DNA of 64,000 nucleotides from an uncultured Gemmatimonadales bacterium (GTDB taxonomy: Bacteria > Gemmatimonadota > Gemmatimonadetes > Gemmatimonadales > GWC2-71-9): contig CAVSQW010000002.1 in the NCBI GenBank assembly GCA_963730185.1, forward strand, positions 128,001 through 192,000, in the 5' to 3' direction. The position numbers were made by a program, and so were the translations under genes. How positions within the stretch are numbered: the stretch's first letter is position 1; each line of letters opens with the position of its first letter. Shown in pieces: positions 1 to 13,141 of the stretch. Under the pieces are notes generated by a model. The model did not search any database. It was given only the letters and a program-made list of their open reading frames with translations, and was not told the origin of the DNA.

Positions 1-403
1 ACGCCATCAGCAGGTCGGGGAGAGACGGCGGTAACCCGGAGAGCACCCCCCGGGCGCCTTCCCGTCGCTTGATCTTCTCCCAGGGCTCGGGGGGGCCCAA
101 GTCGAACAGGTGGGGGTGGCGGCGCTTCATCTTGGTCTCGAGGTCGGCCGCGGCGTCGTCGGGCGAGAACTCGCCGAGCTCCTCCGCCAGCACCAGCTGC
201 CAGGCGAGGTGGAGCAGGAGATCGCCCACTTCGCGACGGATCTCCGCGGGGTCGCCCTGACCCAGCGCGTGGTCGAGCTCGTGGACTTCTTCGAGGAGAT
301 AGGGCCGGAGCGTCTCGCGGGTCTGGACCCGATCCCAGGGGCACCGCTCGCGGAGGTCGCTCACCATCCGCATGGCGCGTCCAAGCGCTGATTTTTCTTG
401 CAT
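1..403 (-). CDS. mazG: MazG nucleoside triphosphate pyrophosphohydrolase (N-terminal part, runs off window start)
   Basis: Not in the ORF track. Manual translation from ATG at 403 gives MQEKSALGRAMRMVSDLRERCPWDRVQTRETLRPYLLEEVHEL...EVGDLLLH...KRRHPHLF, with MazG motifs CPWD/EE/GD/RHPH. GGAGG lies upstream. Confidence 0.92.
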   Translation of the reverse strand, partial: MQEKSALGRAMRMVSDLRERCPWDRVQTRETLRPYLLEEVHELDHALGQGDPAEIRREVGDLLLHLAWQLVLAEELGEFSPDDAAADLETKMKRRHPHLFDLGPPEPWEKIKRREGARGVLSGLPPSLPDLLMA

Positions 404-477
404 TTAGCCTCCGAGGCGCCTTATTCTATCCGCGATCGGCCGGTCTGGGGAAGTCGATCCGGATCGGCCCCGACGCG

Positions 478-1626
478 GTGGACGGCGACGCGGAGCCGGG
501 AGGTCGGTTGAGCGGCAAGGTGGAGCGCGAGAGCGAGCGGCCGCGGGGGCCGGCGACCGACGGCGAGCGGCAGGGCCCCTGGGTCGAGGTGGACCTCGGG
601 GCGGTGCAGCGCAATGCCCGGACCTACGGGTCGCGGGTGGGGGTGCGGCTCCTGCCGATGGTCAAGGCCAACGGTTACGGACTGGGGGCGGTGCCGGTTG
701 CGCGGGCGTTGGAGGCGCTTGGCCCGTGGGGCTTCGGGGTCGCGACCCTGGCGGAGGCCGCGGCTCTCCGGGCGGCCGGGGTGACCCGGCCGGTGGTGAC
801 CTTCCTGCCGCTGGTGCTGGACGACCTGGACCGGTACGCCGCTCTCGACGTCCGCCCCACCATCGGTGATCCGACCGCCCTGGCCGGGTGGATCGCTGCC
901 GGCCCCCGGCCCTTTCACCTGGCCATCGACACCGGGATGGGACGGAGCGGGCTCCGGTGGCACGACCGGGAGGCGATGGTCCGGGCCCGCTCGTTGCTGG
1001 CGGACGCGACGGGTTACGAAGGCGCCTGCACCCACTTCCACAGCGCCGACGGCGCGATCGAGGTGGTGGAGCAGCAGTGGATCCGATTTCAGGAGGCGCT
1101 GGCCGGGCTCGGCGGGCGGCCGCCTCTGGTCCACGCGGCCAACAGCGCGGGTGGCGCGTGGGGCACCCGGTACGCCGGCAACCTGGCTCGGCCCGGGATC
1201 GTGCTCTACGGCGGTCGGGCCGGATCGCTCGAGCCGGAGCCGGTGGCCCGGCTCGAGGCCCGGGTGGTGGCGGTCCGCCCGATCCGCCGGGGCGATCCGG
1301 TGAGCTACGGCGCGACCTTCCGCGCCTCGACCGACGGTGAGGTGGTGACCCTCGGCGTTGGGTACGCGGACGGCCTGCCGCGATCGCTGAGCGGAGGTGG
1401 ACGGGTCCGGCTGGCCGGCGAGGTGTATCCGATCACCGGGCGGGTGACGATGGACATGACCATGGCGGTCCTGCCCGCGGGCCGGGTCCGGCCGGGCGAT
1501 CGGGCGGAGCTGTTCGGGCCGGGGCTGGCGATCGACCAGCAGGCCGAGGCCGCCGGGACGATCGCCTACGAGCTGCTGGCCGGGCTCGGGCCCCGGGTGC
1601 AACGACACTATCGAGGAGCGACATGA
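478..1626 (+). CDS. alr: Alanine racemase
   Basis: MVKANGYG PLP lysine, DTGMGR, THF, ANS, RPGIVLYG, VSYG, GYADG, GRVTMD and TIAYE motifs. Exact start uncertain. Confidence 0.95.
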   Translation: MDGDAEPGGRLSGKVERESERPRGPATDGERQGPWVEVDLGAVQRNARTYGSRVGVRLLPMVKANGYGLGAVPVARALEALGPWGFGVATLAEAAALRAAGVTRPVVTFLPLVLDDLDRYAALDVRPTIGDPTALAGWIAAGPRPFHLAIDTGMGRSGLRWHDREAMVRARSLLADATGYEGACTHFHSADGAIEVVEQQWIRFQEALAGLGGRPPLVHAANSAGGAWGTRYAGNLARPGIVLYGGRAGSLEPEPVARLEARVVAVRPIRRGDPVSYGATFRASTDGEVVTLGVGYADGLPRSLSGGGRVRLAGEVYPITGRVTMDMTMAVLPAGRVRPGDRAELFGPGLAIDQQAEAAGTIAYELLAGLGPRVQRHYRGAT

Positions 1627-1883
1627 ATCAGCATTTCGCGACGCTGGTGCTGGGTCTGGCCCATCAGGCCCAGGCCGCGATCGAAGGCCAGATGCCGCCG
1701 GGGGCGGAAGGGATCGAGGGCGCGTCGGCCCGGCAGTTCGCCCAGACCCTGATCGATACCCTGGCGATGCTCGAGGCCAAGACGGAGGGCCATCTCGATC
1801 CCGACGAAACCAAGCTGCTGACCGAGGTGCTCACCGGGCTTCGCTTCCGATTCGTGCAGACGGGTGGCGCGGGGGCGGCGTGA
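1623..1883 (+). CDS. DUF1844-like small protein
   Basis: IDTLAMLEAKTEGHL...LRFRFV pattern. ATGA overlap with alr. Confidence 0.75.
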   Translation: MNQHFATLVLGLAHQAQAAIEGQMPPGAEGIEGASARQFAQTLIDTLAMLEAKTEGHLDPDETKLLTEVLTGLRFRFVQTGGAGAA

Positions 1884-3058
1884 GCCGGCGGGCGGCGTTG
1901 ATCGTGCTGGACGGCCTCGGGATCGGTCGGGCCCACGATCAGGACCGCTACGGCGACGAGGGAAGCGACACGCTGGGGAACGTGCTCGCCCGGGCGCCGG
2001 CCGGAGGGGCGTACTCCCTGCCGAATCTCACGGCCCTGGGGCTGGGCTGCTGCGCCCCGCTCCCGGCGGTGCCGGCCGTCGCCTCGCCGGGGGCGGCGTA
2101 CGGGACCGCCCAGCCGGCCAGCGCGGGGAAGGACAGCACCACCGGCCATTGGGAGCTCACCGGTCTCGTGCTCGAGCGGCCGTTTCCGACCTTTCCGCAC
2201 GGGTTCCCGCCGGAGCTGGTCGAGGCCTTCGCTCGGCGGACCGGCCGGGGCGTGTTGGGCAACCGGGCGGCGTCCGGGACGGCCATCCTGGACGCGCTCG
2301 GGGCGGAGCACCAGCGAACCGGCCAGTGGATCGTGTACACCTCGGCCGACAGCGTGTTCCAAGTGGCGGCGCACGAGGACACGGTCCCGGTCGCCGAGCT
2401 CTACCGGGGGTGCGAGGTGGCGCGGGAGCTCTGCACCGGGCCCTGGGGGGTGTCGCGGGTGATCGCCCGGCCGTTCGTCGGCACGCCGGGCGACTGGCGG
2501 CGGACTCCCCTCCGCAAGGATTTTTCCCTCCCGCCGCCGGCTGAGACGTTGCTGGACCTGCTGGCCGCTCAGGGCATCCCGCGGGTCGGGGTCGGGAAGG
2601 TGGACGACCTTTTCGCCGGCCGGGGCATCTCCTCTACGCACACGCCGACCAACGCCGAGGCCTACCGGCTGATCGGCGCGGGACTTCGGGACCTGGAGCG
2701 GGGTTTTCTCTTCGCCAACGTGATCGAATTCGATCAGACCTGGGGACATCGGAACGACGTCCCGGGCTTCCTGGGCGGGCTCCGGGAGCTGGACACCGCC
2801 CTGCCTGACCTCCTGGGCCGCCTGCAAGCGGATGATCTGGTTATCTTTACGGCGGATCACGGCAACGATCCGACCACCCCGTCGACGGATCACTCGCGGG
2901 AGCGGGTTCCGGTGCTCGTGTCCGGTCCCCAGGTGCGTCCGGTGTCGCTGGGAGAGCGGGCCTCGTTCGCGGATCTGGGACAGACGATAGCCGAGTTCCT
3001 GGGCGTGGGGCCGCTCCCGGCGGGTCGATCGTTCCTCGGGGAGGTATGGAATGGCTGA
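1880..3058 (+). CDS. deoB: Phosphopentomutase
   Basis: [44 protein letters not shown] and TADHGNDPT motifs. Confidence 0.96.
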   Translation: MSRRAALIVLDGLGIGRAHDQDRYGDEGSDTLGNVLARAPAGGAYSLPNLTALGLGCCAPLPAVPAVASPGAAYGTAQPASAGKDSTTGHWELTGLVLERPFPTFPHGFPPELVEAFARRTGRGVLGNRAASGTAILDALGAEHQRTGQWIVYTSADSVFQVAAHEDTVPVAELYRGCEVARELCTGPWGVSRVIARPFVGTPGDWRRTPLRKDFSLPPPAETLLDLLAAQGIPRVGVGKVDDLFAGRGISSTHTPTNAEAYRLIGAGLRDLERGFLFANVIEFDQTWGHRNDVPGFLGGLRELDTALPDLLGRLQADDLVIFTADHGNDPTTPSTDHSRERVPVLVSGPQVRPVSLGERASFADLGQTIAEFLGVGPLPAGRSFLGEVWNG

Positions 3059-3437
3059 TCCGCTGGTCGAGGCGGCCCGTCGCGTTCAGGCGGCGGCGTA
3101 CGCGCCCTATTCGGGGTTCCAGGTGGGCGCCGCGTTGGAGGCTGAGTCCGGCGAGGTCTTCGTCGGGTGCAACGTGGAGAATGCGTCGTACGGTCTGACC
3201 ATCTGCGCCGAACGGAGCGCGGTGGTGCAGGCGGTCGGGGCGGGGCACCGGCGGTTCCGTCGGTTGGTCGTGGTGTCGAACGTCGATCCGGCGGCGGCGC
3301 CGTGTGGGGCGTGCCGTCAGGTCCTGGCCGAGTTCGGGCCTGAGCTGGTGGTGGAAGCGGTGGGGCCCGACTCGCGACGGTGGTGGCGGATCGCGGAGCT
3401 CCTGCCGGACGCGTTTTCGAGGGAGTCGTTGGCGTGA
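3051..3437 (+). CDS. cdd: Cytidine deaminase (homotetrameric type)
   Basis: [20 protein letters not shown] and PCGACRQ zinc motifs. Confidence 0.96.
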   Translation: MADPLVEAARRVQAAAYAPYSGFQVGAALEAESGEVFVGCNVENASYGLTICAERSAVVQAVGAGHRRFRRLVVVSNVDPAAAPCGACRQVLAEFGPELVVEAVGPDSRRWWRIAELLPDAFSRESLA

Positions 3438-4663
3438 GGAAACTTCGCTGGGCGTTGATCGCGTTAGGGGCGGTGCTGGCGGGCTGCCAGGAGAAGCTGG
3501 CGACTCCCGGCGACTGTCCGGCGCTCTGCCCGGATACCCAGATTCAGGTCCTCGACACCGCGATCGTGGCGTTGCCGGACCAGGACTCCACCTTCTTCGG
3601 CTACACGCCGCGGGCGAGTCGCGGGGCGCTCCTGGTCTCGAACGGCCTCGCGGCGGGTGAGTTCCGCTCGTTCGTCCGCTTCCCGAGTCAGCGGAGCGAC
3701 TCGATCCTGGTCGATGGGACCTACTACGCGCTGGCCGTCGACACGGTCTCGGTGTCGTTCACGCTGCGGGCCCGGGACAGCACCGCGACCGGCTTGACGG
3801 TCTACCTCCACCGGGTGCCGCTCACGGTCGACACCACGCTCGATTTCGCGGGGCTCGACGGGTTGCTGACCCCGGGGTCGATTGTCGACAGCATCCAGGT
3901 GCCCGACACGCTCCACACCGGCGTCATCGAGGCGCTTTTCACCGGCAGCGACATCGACAAGCTGGCGGTGCCGCCGGAGGACAGCGGGAAGATCGCCTTC
4001 GGGCTCACGGTTCGGGCGTCGAAGCCGACCGGGGTGCAACTGGCGCTCGACTTCACCGGGAGCACCGCCGCCCCGCAGTATCAGAGCCGCGGATCGATCG
4101 ACATCGCCGACACCACCAAGACCCGTCAGACCACGGCGGTCCATCCGGCCTCGGCGGACGCGGCCGGGTACGTGCTCAATGACGATCGTTCGGTCGCACC
4201 TGATCCGGACCTGCTGTACTCCGGCGGTCCTGGGGCGGCGCGAACGATCGTCCGGTTCGCACTCCCGAACATCATCAAGGACACGGCGCAGATTCTGCGC
4301 GCCACGCTCGAGCTCACCCCGGCCGCGCCGCTGGCCGGACTTCCCAACAATCCCCTGGGCGACAGTCTCGGCGTGAGTGGCGTGATCGCCGACCTCGGCG
4401 CCAAGTCGCCCCGGCTGGTGACGCAGGGGCTGGTGCTGTTCGGGGCCCTGGCGGAGAGTTCGGCCGATACGGTCTCGATCGACATCACCCGCCTGGTGGC
4501 GCAGTGGCAGAGCCCGACGGGGCCGCCGTCGGCCATCATCCTCGGGCAGAACTCCGAGGGGCAGTCGTTCATGCAGCCGGTCTTCTACTCCACCCGCTCG
4601 GCCGCCGGGGCGCCACGGCTGATCATCGTCTACGCCTTGCCGTCGCGGCCGGGGAACCCATGA
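3434..4663 (+). CDS. Hypothetical lipoprotein, beta-rich
   Basis: GTG at 3434 overlaps the cdd stop. Signal [18 protein letters not shown] carries a lipobox, followed by CPALCP. Confidence 0.75.
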   Translation: MRKLRWALIALGAVLAGCQEKLATPGDCPALCPDTQIQVLDTAIVALPDQDSTFFGYTPRASRGALLVSNGLAAGEFRSFVRFPSQRSDSILVDGTYYALAVDTVSVSFTLRARDSTATGLTVYLHRVPLTVDTTLDFAGLDGLLTPGSIVDSIQVPDTLHTGVIEALFTGSDIDKLAVPPEDSGKIAFGLTVRASKPTGVQLALDFTGSTAAPQYQSRGSIDIADTTKTRQTTAVHPASADAAGYVLNDDRSVAPDPDLLYSGGPGAARTIVRFALPNIIKDTAQILRATLELTPAAPLAGLPNNPLGDSLGVSGVIADLGAKSPRLVTQGLVLFGALAESSADTVSIDITRLVAQWQSPTGPPSAIILGQNSEGQSFMQPVFYSTRSAAGAPRLIIVYALPSRPGNP

Positions 4664-5804
4664 TCCGTCGATCCTCCTGGCTGGTCGCCCTGGTGCTTTG
4701 GGCGGGGCCCGCGGCGCTCGCGGCGCAGTCGTCGCAGTTCGGGGTCCGGGGGCTCGGGCTCCCGATCCGGCCGCAGTCGCCGCGGGCCACCGGGACCGGC
4801 GGCGCCTTTGGGCTCTTCGACACCGAGTCGAGCATCAATCCGGCGCTCTCGGCCTCGATGCTCAACTTCACGGCGCTCCTGACCAGCACGCAGAACTTCC
4901 GGAGCTCGACCAACCCGTTCGGCACGGCGTCGGGCCGGGACAACCGGTTCCCCCAGATGCAGGTGGCGGGGCCGATCGGCGGCACCCGGCTGGGCCTCGC
5001 GCTCAGCGTCTCCGGCTACACCGACCGGAGCTTTTCCTTGGGCACCCAGGACACGGTCGATCTCCGGGGCGAACGGATCGGGGTGTACGACACCCTCACT
5101 TCCCGGGGCGGGATCAGCGACATCCAGGCGGCGCTCGGGTGGCGGGTCAGCAAGACGCTGGCGATCGGGATTGGCCTCCACGCGCTGCCGGGCTCGAACC
5201 GGGTCGAGAATCATCGAGCGTTCGCCGACTCCTCGTTCTCGGTGGCGGTCGAGCGGGCCGACCTGTCGTATCTCGGCTTCGGCGTCTCGGCCGGCTTCCT
5301 CTTCCGGGTCGTGCCCCGGCTCACGCTCGCCGGGACCTTCCGGACCGACACCCACACCTCGGTGGAACGCGACAGCACCCGGCTGGGCACCGTCGACTTG
5401 CCGACCCAGATCAGCGCCGGGCTTCGGTGGCAGACGTCGCTCCGCTCGGCGATGGCGGTGTCGTACGCGCGGCGGTCCTGGAGCGCGGCCGATGCGGGGC
5501 TCAAGGCCTTGGGCGGGATCGGCGCCGAGGACACCTACGAGGTCGCGGCGGGGATGGAGTTTCTGAAGGACCTGAAGAACCCCGGCCACAAGCCGCTTCG
5601 TTTCGGGGGGCACTACGCCACCCTTCCGTTCCCGGTGGTGACCGGCCGGCAGGCGCACGAGTTCGGCTTGGCGTTGGGCACCGGGCTCAGATTCACCGGT
5701 GGCCGAGGCGGGCTCGACCTTTCGCTGGAGCAGCTCTGGCGGTCTGACGGCCAGTCGTACACCGAGCGGGCCACGGTCATCTCGCTCGGCGTGAGCCTCC
5801 GGCC

Positions 5805-5808
<4 letters not shown>
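4660..5808 (+). CDS. Outer-membrane beta-barrel protein, FadL/OmpP1-like architecture
   Basis: ATG at 4660, signal peptide ending ALAA-Q, N-terminal plug-like segment (GLG...GGA...NPA), amphipathic strands ending VISLGVSLRP. Confidence 0.7.
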
Positions 5809-7114
<1,306 letters not shown>

Positions 7115-7118
<4 letters not shown>

Positions 7119-7402
7119 AGCTCAAAAATGCGGTCGAAGATCACGTCACCGAGGCGTACGGTACCCTGCGCTCGCACTTTCCGGCCTTTTGCGGCTGCGA
7201 CATGTGCCGGGCCGACGTGATCGTCTACGCCCTCAATCGACTGCCGCCCAAGTACGTGGCAACGCTGGAGGGCTCGATCGTTACGGAGGTCAACCTCGAC
7301 AAGCATCAGGGGCGTGCCTCCATCGAGGTGGCGGTGATGGAGGGCTTCAAGCGGGTGACCATGTCGCCCCGGTGTGGGAAGCAGGCGTCCGCCCCGACCT
7401 GA
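7115..7402 (+). CDS. ComFB-family protein
   Basis: KNAVE, CGCDMCRADV, ALNRLPPKY and C-terminal SPR motif typical of ComFB. Confidence 0.85.
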
Positions 7403-7425
7403 GTCGCGGTTCGCGCGCCGTCGCC

Positions 7426-7462
7426 GAGGCCGGCTCCTTCGCGGAGCCGGCCTCTCGTTTTT
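7426..7462 (+). terminator. Intrinsic terminator after comFB
   Basis: Perfect 12-bp stem GAGGCCGGCTCC-ttcgc-GGAGCCGGCCTC followed by TCGTTTTT. Confidence 0.85.
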
Positions 7463-7531
7463 CGCGGAATCGTGGCCCCTTGAGCGTGCGAATGGTTGCA
7501 TTCCGCGCTGCGCGGTTCGGCAGCTTCGGGG

Positions 7532-9811
7532 ATGCCGCCTCCCGCGACAACGTGGGCCTCTCGCTCCGCCCGCCGTCCGCCGCCCGCCCTCGTTGCCGTG
7601 GGGTTGTTCGGGAGCGGTCTGGCCCTCGGGTTGAGCGGCGCGGGTGGCTGGCTGGCCGTGGCGGTGCTAGCCGCCGGGGGGCTCGCCCGCTGGCGCCGGG
7701 TTCCGGGTGGCGTGATCGCGGCCCTGGTGCTGGTGGCCGGATGGTCGCACGGGAGAATGGCGCAGGCCGTCGACCGAACCCGTTGCGCGGCGCGTCTTCC
7801 AGCGGGGAGCGTCCGGCTTCGGGTCCGCGTGATGGAGCCCACGATCGCCGGTGCTCCGGCTCGGGTCCGGCCGCTGGCGGGGCGTTGCCGGGGGACCGTG
7901 GCCGCCCGGTTCCGGGCCAACGACCTGATCCTGGCGGGAGACGAGCTCGAGCTCGAGGGGCGCTGGCTTCCGGCCGCGCGGCCATTGAGCGCCGCCCGGG
8001 GCACGCTGGCGGTGCGCCGGTGGGAGCGGGTCGGCCGGCGTCCTGGGCTCGCGGCGCGGCTCCGGAACGAGCTCTTCGCGTCCTCGCGGCGGTTGTTCGG
8101 CACCCGGGCGGGGATGGTCGACGCGCTGGTGCTCGGCCGTCGGGGCTGGATCGATCCGGCGCTGACCGCCTCGTTCGCTCGGGCCGGCCTGGTGCACTTG
8201 TTGGCCATCAGCGGGTTTCACGTCGGGCTCATTGCCGCCTGGGCCATGATCCTGGTCGGGATCGTAGGGGTGCCCCGTCGAACCGCCCGGCTGGCCGCGC
8301 TGGGGGTGATCGTCGGGTACGTCGGGTTCATCGGGGTGCCGGCGCCTGCGCTTCGAGCGGCGACAATCGCGGTGCTCGCGACCGGCGAAACCATCCGGCA
8401 ACGAAAGCCCCGCACCTCAGCGCTCTTCGCCGTGACGGCGCTGGTCCTGGTGGCGATCGACCCCTGGGCCGTGGCCGACCTCGGCGCCTGGCTCTCGGTT
8501 ACGGCGCTCTCGGGCGCGACGGCCCTGAGTCGCTGGGCGGCGTCGGCGCTCGGCCGGCGGGGCGTGTGGCAGCTCGTGTTCGGCTCCCTCGGCGCGACGG
8601 TCGCGACCGCACCGGTCGCGGCCTACGCCCTCGGCGTGGTGGCGCTGATCGGGATCCCTCTCAACCTCCTCGCGATTCCGATGGCCGCGCTGGCGGTGCC
8701 GGGGGTTCTGGGTGCGCTGGTGCTGGCCCCGCTGTGGGGCCTCGCTGCCACCGGCCTCGCCGCGGGGAGCGGCGCGCTGCTCGGGGGTCTTCAATGGCTG
8801 GCTGAGCGCGGCGGGGCAGTCCCCGGTGGCGCCCTGACGTTCGATCCGGGGCTCGGACCAGCCTTGGTGGCGGTGGGCGCCCTGGTGGCGGTCGGGTGGA
8901 TCGTAGGACGCCGCAACACCAGGGCGGAGGCCGCCCGACGGGCCGGCTGGGTGGTGGCGATCCTGCTGGGCTTCGACCTCGCGGCGAGCCCGTCGCTTCG
9001 GTCTGACGTCGGGTCCCGGCTCACGTTACATTTTCTCTCCGTCGGCCAGGGCGACGCGGTGGCGATCCGGACACCGCACGGGCACTGGATGCTCGTGGAC
9101 GCGGGGCCGCGGAGCGCCGATCGGGATGCCGGGCGTCGGGTCGTCGCTCCCTTCTTGATCCGCCACGGCGTGACGGCGCTCGATGCCCTGATCCTTTCGC
9201 ACGCCCATCTGGATCACTTCGGCGGCGCCCCCGCGGTCCTGCGAAGGATTCCAGTCGGGGTGGTGATGGAGCCGGGGATTCCGACGCCGGATCCCGCCTA
9301 TCGGGACTTTCTGGACGCGGTCGACGCGTCCGGCGCCCGGTGGACGGTCCTCCGAACCGGCACGACGCTCGCGGTGGACGGGGTCGAGTTTCGGGTGCTG
9401 CATCCCGACACCACCTGGTCTGGCTGGGGCACGGATTTGAACGAGAGCTCGATCGTGCTCCGGATCCGGACCGGCCGGTTCGAGGCGCTCTTGGGGGGAG
9501 ATGCCGGCTTCCCGGTCGAGGCGCGGCTTCACGGGCAGGTCGGCGATGTGGATCTGCTCAAGGTGGGGCATCACGGGTCGGCCACGGCGACCAGCGTCGG
9601 GTGGCTGGCCGAGCTCCGGCCCGAGGTGGCGGTGGTGAGCACCGGGCCCAATCGGTACGGCCATCCGTCGCCGGCCACGCTCGAACGGCTGCGTGAGGCG
9701 GGGGTCGAGGTCTGGCGCACCGACCGGGACGGCACGGTCAGCGTCATGGTGGACGATACGATGATGCGAGTGCGGAGCCGGCGGGGCGAAGTGGCCTTGC
9801 CGCTCCACTGA
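7532..9811 (+). CDS. comEC: ComEC/Rec2 DNA uptake channel with metallo-beta-lactamase domain
   Basis: HLLAISGFH competence motif, many TM segments, [29 protein letters not shown] and RTDRDG. Start may be 7496 or 7532. Confidence 0.93.
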   Translation: MPPPATTWASRSARRPPPALVAVGLFGSGLALGLSGAGGWLAVAVLAAGGLARWRRVPGGVIAALVLVAGWSHGRMAQAVDRTRCAARLPAGSVRLRVRVMEPTIAGAPARVRPLAGRCRGTVAARFRANDLILAGDELELEGRWLPAARPLSAARGTLAVRRWERVGRRPGLAARLRNELFASSRRLFGTRAGMVDALVLGRRGWIDPALTASFARAGLVHLLAISGFHVGLIAAWAMILVGIVGVPRRTARLAALGVIVGYVGFIGVPAPALRAATIAVLATGETIRQRKPRTSALFAVTALVLVAIDPWAVADLGAWLSVTALSGATALSRWAASALGRRGVWQLVFGSLGATVATAPVAAYALGVVALIGIPLNLLAIPMAALAVPGVLGALVLAPLWGLAATGLAAGSGALLGGLQWLAERGGAVPGGALTFDPGLGPALVAVGALVAVGWIVGRRNTRAEAARRAGWVVAILLGFDLAASPSLRSDVGSRLTLHFLSVGQGDAVAIRTPHGHWMLVDAGPRSADRDAGRRVVAPFLIRHGVTALDALILSHAHLDHFGGAPAVLRRIPVGVVMEPGIPTPDPAYRDFLDAVDASGARWTVLRTGTTLAVDGVEFRVLHPDTTWSGWGTDLNESSIVLRIRTGRFEALLGGDAGFPVEARLHGQVGDVDLLKVGHHGSATATSVGWLAELRPEVAVVSTGPNRYGHPSPATLERLREAGVEVWRTDRDGTVSVMVDDTMMRVRSRRGEVALPLH

Positions 9812-9846
9812 GGATCACATCTCAACCCGAGCGAGCCGAGCCACCC

Positions 9847-10864
9847 ATGGCCCTGCCCAATTCGTCGGTCGTCACCATCGAGCGGTTCATCATGGATCAG
9901 GAGCGGCAGCACCCGGAAGCCACGGGCGAGCTGTCGAACCTCCTCTACGACATTGCCCTCGGCGCCAAGATCGTGGCGGCCGCCATTCGGCGGGCGGGGC
10001 TGGTGAACATTCTCGGTGCGGCGGGGCAGACCAACGTCCAGGGCGAGATGCAGCAGAAGCTCGATATTTTCGCCAACGACACCTTCAAGAACGCGATGGG
10101 CCACACGGGACGGGTCTGCGTGATGGCCTCCGAGGAAGAGGAAGAGGTGATTCCGATTCCGGAGGGGTATCCGCAAGGCAAGTACGCGGTGCTCTTCGAT
10201 CCGCTCGACGGCTCCTCGAACATCGACGTCAACGCCGCGGTGGGCACCATCTTCAGCGTCTACCGCCGCCGCTCGATGGAGGGGCAGGGGACCCTGACCG
10301 ACGTGCTCCAGCCGGGCGTGTCGCAGGTCGCGGCGGGTTACGTGATGTACGGCTCGAGCGTGATGCTGGTCTACAGCACCGGGAACGGCGTCCACGGCTT
10401 CACGCTCGACCCGACGGTGGGCGAGTTCCTACTGTCGCACCCGAGCATCAGGATGCCGGAAACCGGGAACTACTACAGCGTCAACGAGAGCAACTTCTCC
10501 CGCTGGGACAAGGGGACGCAGTGGGCCGTCCGCGGCCTCCACGGCGACCGGCCCGAGCGGATGCCGGGGCAAGAAGAGCCGGTACATCGGATCGCTGGTC
10601 GCCGATTTTCACCGGAACCTGATCAGCGGCGGGATCTTTCTCTATCCGGCCGACACCAGGAACACGGAGGGCAAGCTCCGGCTGGCCTACGAGGCCAACC
10701 CGATGGCGTTCATCGCCGAGCACGCCGGCGGGGCGGCCACCGACGGCCGGAACCGGATTCTCGACATCGTACCCGGCGCGCTGCACCAGCGGACCCCGCT
10801 GGTGATCGGTTCGCGACACGACGTCGAGTTCGTCCGCGACGCGATGGCGGAGGTCGACGGGTGA
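9847..10864 (+). CDS. fbp: Fructose-1,6-bisphosphatase class 1 (one extra base near 10566-10570)
   Basis: [18 protein letters not shown] and VGTIF. After a +1 shift the frame continues [14 protein letters not shown]...[14 protein letters not shown]...HQRTP to TGA at 10862-10864. Confidence 0.9.
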
Positions 10865-12450
10865 GTCAGGGCACGACGCCGACCGGGGCCCAGCCGGAGG
10901 GAACGAGGGCCATCCGGGACTGCTGCCGGCCCAGCCGGTCTATGGACCCGCAGACTGGTCGGGCGACCCCGGGGAGCCGGGGCGTCTGGCCCTATACCCG
11001 GGGCTCTATCCCACGATGTACACGGGGGCGGCTCTGGACGATGCGGCAGTACGCCGGGTTCGGTACTGCGGAAGACACCAACGCCCGGTTCCGGCACCTG
11101 CTCGCGGCCGGGCAGACGGGGCTCTCGACGGCCTTCGATCTCCCGACCCAGATGGGATACGACTCCGACCATCCGATGGCCGCCGGCGAGGTCGGCCGGG
11201 TCGGGGTCGCGGTCGATACGGTGGACGATCTGGCGGTGCTCTTCGGGGGGATTCCGCTCGATCGGGTCTCCACCTCGATGACCATCAACGCCACGGCCGG
11301 GATCCTGCTGGCGATGTACATCGTGGTGGCGGAAGAGCAGGGGGTGTCCCGGACCGCGCTGGCCGGCACCATCCAGAACGACCTCCTCAAGGAGTACATC
11401 GCCCGGGGCACGTACATCTATCCGGCGGAGCCCTCGCTCCGGCTGATCACCGACATCTTCCGGTTCGTGGCCGACGAGGGGATGAACTTCAATCCGATCT
11501 CGATCAGCGGATACCACATCCGGGAGGCCGGCGCCACGGCGGTGCAGGAGGTCGGGTTCACCCTGGCCAACGCCCTGGAGTATTGCCGGCGGGCGGTGGC
11601 GGCCGGGATTCCGATCGAGCGGTTCGGTCCCCGGCTCTCGTTCTTCTTCGCGGCCCACAACGACCTGTTCGAGGAAGCGGCCAAGTTCCGGGCGGCCCGC
11701 CGCCTCTGGGCGAGCCTGGTCAAGGAGCGGTTCGACGCCGACGACCAGACGGCCAGGCTTCGGTTCCACACCCAGACCGGCGGGGTGACGCTCCAGGCCC
11801 AGCAGCCGCTCAACAACGTGGTCCGGGTTGCGGTCCAGGCTCTGGCCGCCACTCTGGGCGGCACCCAGTCGCTCCACACCAACGGCTACGACGAGGCGCT
11901 CGCGCTCCCGACGCAGGACGCGGCGACCCTGGCCCTCCGAACCCAGCAGATCCTGGCCCACGAGAGCGGGGTCGGCCGGACGGTCGATCCCCTGGCCGGG
12001 AGCTACTACGTGGAGAACCTCACCGACCGGATCGAGGCGGGCGCCCGGGAGCTGATCGCCGCGGTCGACCAGCTGGGCGGGGCGGTGCGAGCGGTGGAGA
12101 CCGGCTACTATCAGGAGGCCATCGGCCGGAGCGCGTACGAGCTCCAGAAGGCCCAGGACGACGGGCGGGTGACGGTCGTGGGCGTCAACCGCTTCACCTC
12201 CGACGAGCCGCCGGTCACGATCGACACCCCGAACTTTCCGGCGCTCGAGGCCCGGCAGCGGGACCGGGTGGCGCAGGCCCGGAGCCGCCGCGACCAGGGA
12301 GCAGTAACCCGGTTCCTCGACGGCCTGGGCGAGGCGGCGGCCGGCGACGGCGGGCTCATGCCTCGGATCGTCGACGCGGTGCGAGCTCGGGCCACCCTGG
12401 GCGAGATCAGCGACACTCTCCGGAAGGTCTGGGGCGTCTACCGGGCCTGA
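10861..12450 (+). CDS. Methylmalonyl-CoA mutase, substrate-binding subunit (no B12-binding domain); compensating indels in first ~170 nt
   Basis: [63 protein letters not shown] and ATLGEI. GTG overlaps the fbp stop. Confidence 0.9.
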   Translation: MSQGTTPTGAQPEGTRAIRDCCRPSRSMDPQTGRATPGSRGVWPYTRGSIPRCTRGRLWTMRQYAGFGTAEDTNARFRHLLAAGQTGLSTAFDLPTQMGYDSDHPMAAGEVGRVGVAVDTVDDLAVLFGGIPLDRVSTSMTINATAGILLAMYIVVAEEQGVSRTALAGTIQNDLLKEYIARGTYIYPAEPSLRLITDIFRFVADEGMNFNPISISGYHIREAGATAVQEVGFTLANALEYCRRAVAAGIPIERFGPRLSFFFAAHNDLFEEAAKFRAARRLWASLVKERFDADDQTARLRFHTQTGGVTLQAQQPLNNVVRVAVQALAATLGGTQSLHTNGYDEALALPTQDAATLALRTQQILAHESGVGRTVDPLAGSYYVENLTDRIEAGARELIAAVDQLGGAVRAVETGYYQEAIGRSAYELQKAQDDGRVTVVGVNRFTSDEPPVTIDTPNFPALEARQRDRVAQARSRRDQGAVTRFLDGLGEAAAGDGGLMPRIVDAVRARATLGEISDTLRKVWGVYRA

Positions 12451-12467
12451 GGCCCTCGGAACCGACT

Positions 12468-13112
12468 ATGACCGTCAACGTCCATCACATCACCGTGTCG
12501 CGGACCGCCCGTTACTTCCTTCTGGGCGACGAGCTTGGCGCCAACGAGGTCTGGTTCGTCCTCCACGGTTACAGCCAGCTGGCGGCCGGCTTCGTCCGGT
12601 GGTTCGAGCCGGCCGCCCGGCCCGGCCGCCTGATCGTGGCGCCGGAGGCGCTCTCCCGCGCTTATTTCGAGGAGCAGAACGCCCGCCGCGTCGGAGCGTC
12701 GTGGATGACCCGGGAGGACCGCGAGGCCGAGATCCAGGACTATGTCCAGTACCTCGATCGAGTGGCCGACGAGGTCATCGGGGCGCTCCCCCCCCGGCCT
12801 TGGGTCGAGATCCACGGGTTTTCCCAGGGAACCGCCACCGCCAGCCGATGGGCGGCCTTCGGGCGTCACGCGGCCAACCGGATGGTGCTCTGGGGCGGAT
12901 CGGTGCCGCCCGACCTCGACATCGAGCGGCTCCGGGCCAGTTTGCGCGGCGCCCCGGTGGTCCTGGTGGCGGGCGACCGAGATCAGTATGTGACGGCCGA
13001 TCAGGTCCGCCACGAAGAGGCCCGGCTTGCCGGCCTCGGCCTGGGGGTCGACGTCCGGACTTTCGCGGGCGGCCACGCGGTGGACCGAACCCTGCTCGCC
13101 ACCCTGGCCTGA
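12468..13112 (+). CDS. Phospholipase/carboxylesterase-type alpha/beta hydrolase
   Basis: LHGYSQ, GASWMTREDR, GFSQG nucleophile, GDRD and GGH. Confidence 0.85.
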   Translation: MTVNVHHITVSRTARYFLLGDELGANEVWFVLHGYSQLAAGFVRWFEPAARPGRLIVAPEALSRAYFEEQNARRVGASWMTREDREAEIQDYVQYLDRVADEVIGALPPRPWVEIHGFSQGTATASRWAAFGRHAANRMVLWGGSVPPDLDIERLRASLRGAPVVLVAGDRDQYVTADQVRHEEARLAGLGLGVDVRTFAGGHAVDRTLLATLA

Positions 13113-13141
13113 GTCGGCACGGAATTCCAAGGAGAAACCTC

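Noticed and set aside
110..391. Plus-strand 93-aa ORF
   Set aside because: Antisense shadow of mazG.
9847..12450. 867-aa ORF that looks like an FBPase / methylmalonyl-CoA mutase fusion
   Set aside because: The FBPase C-terminal motifs lie in another frame after one extra G near 10566-10570 and end at their own TGA (10864). The linker is out-of-frame sequence.
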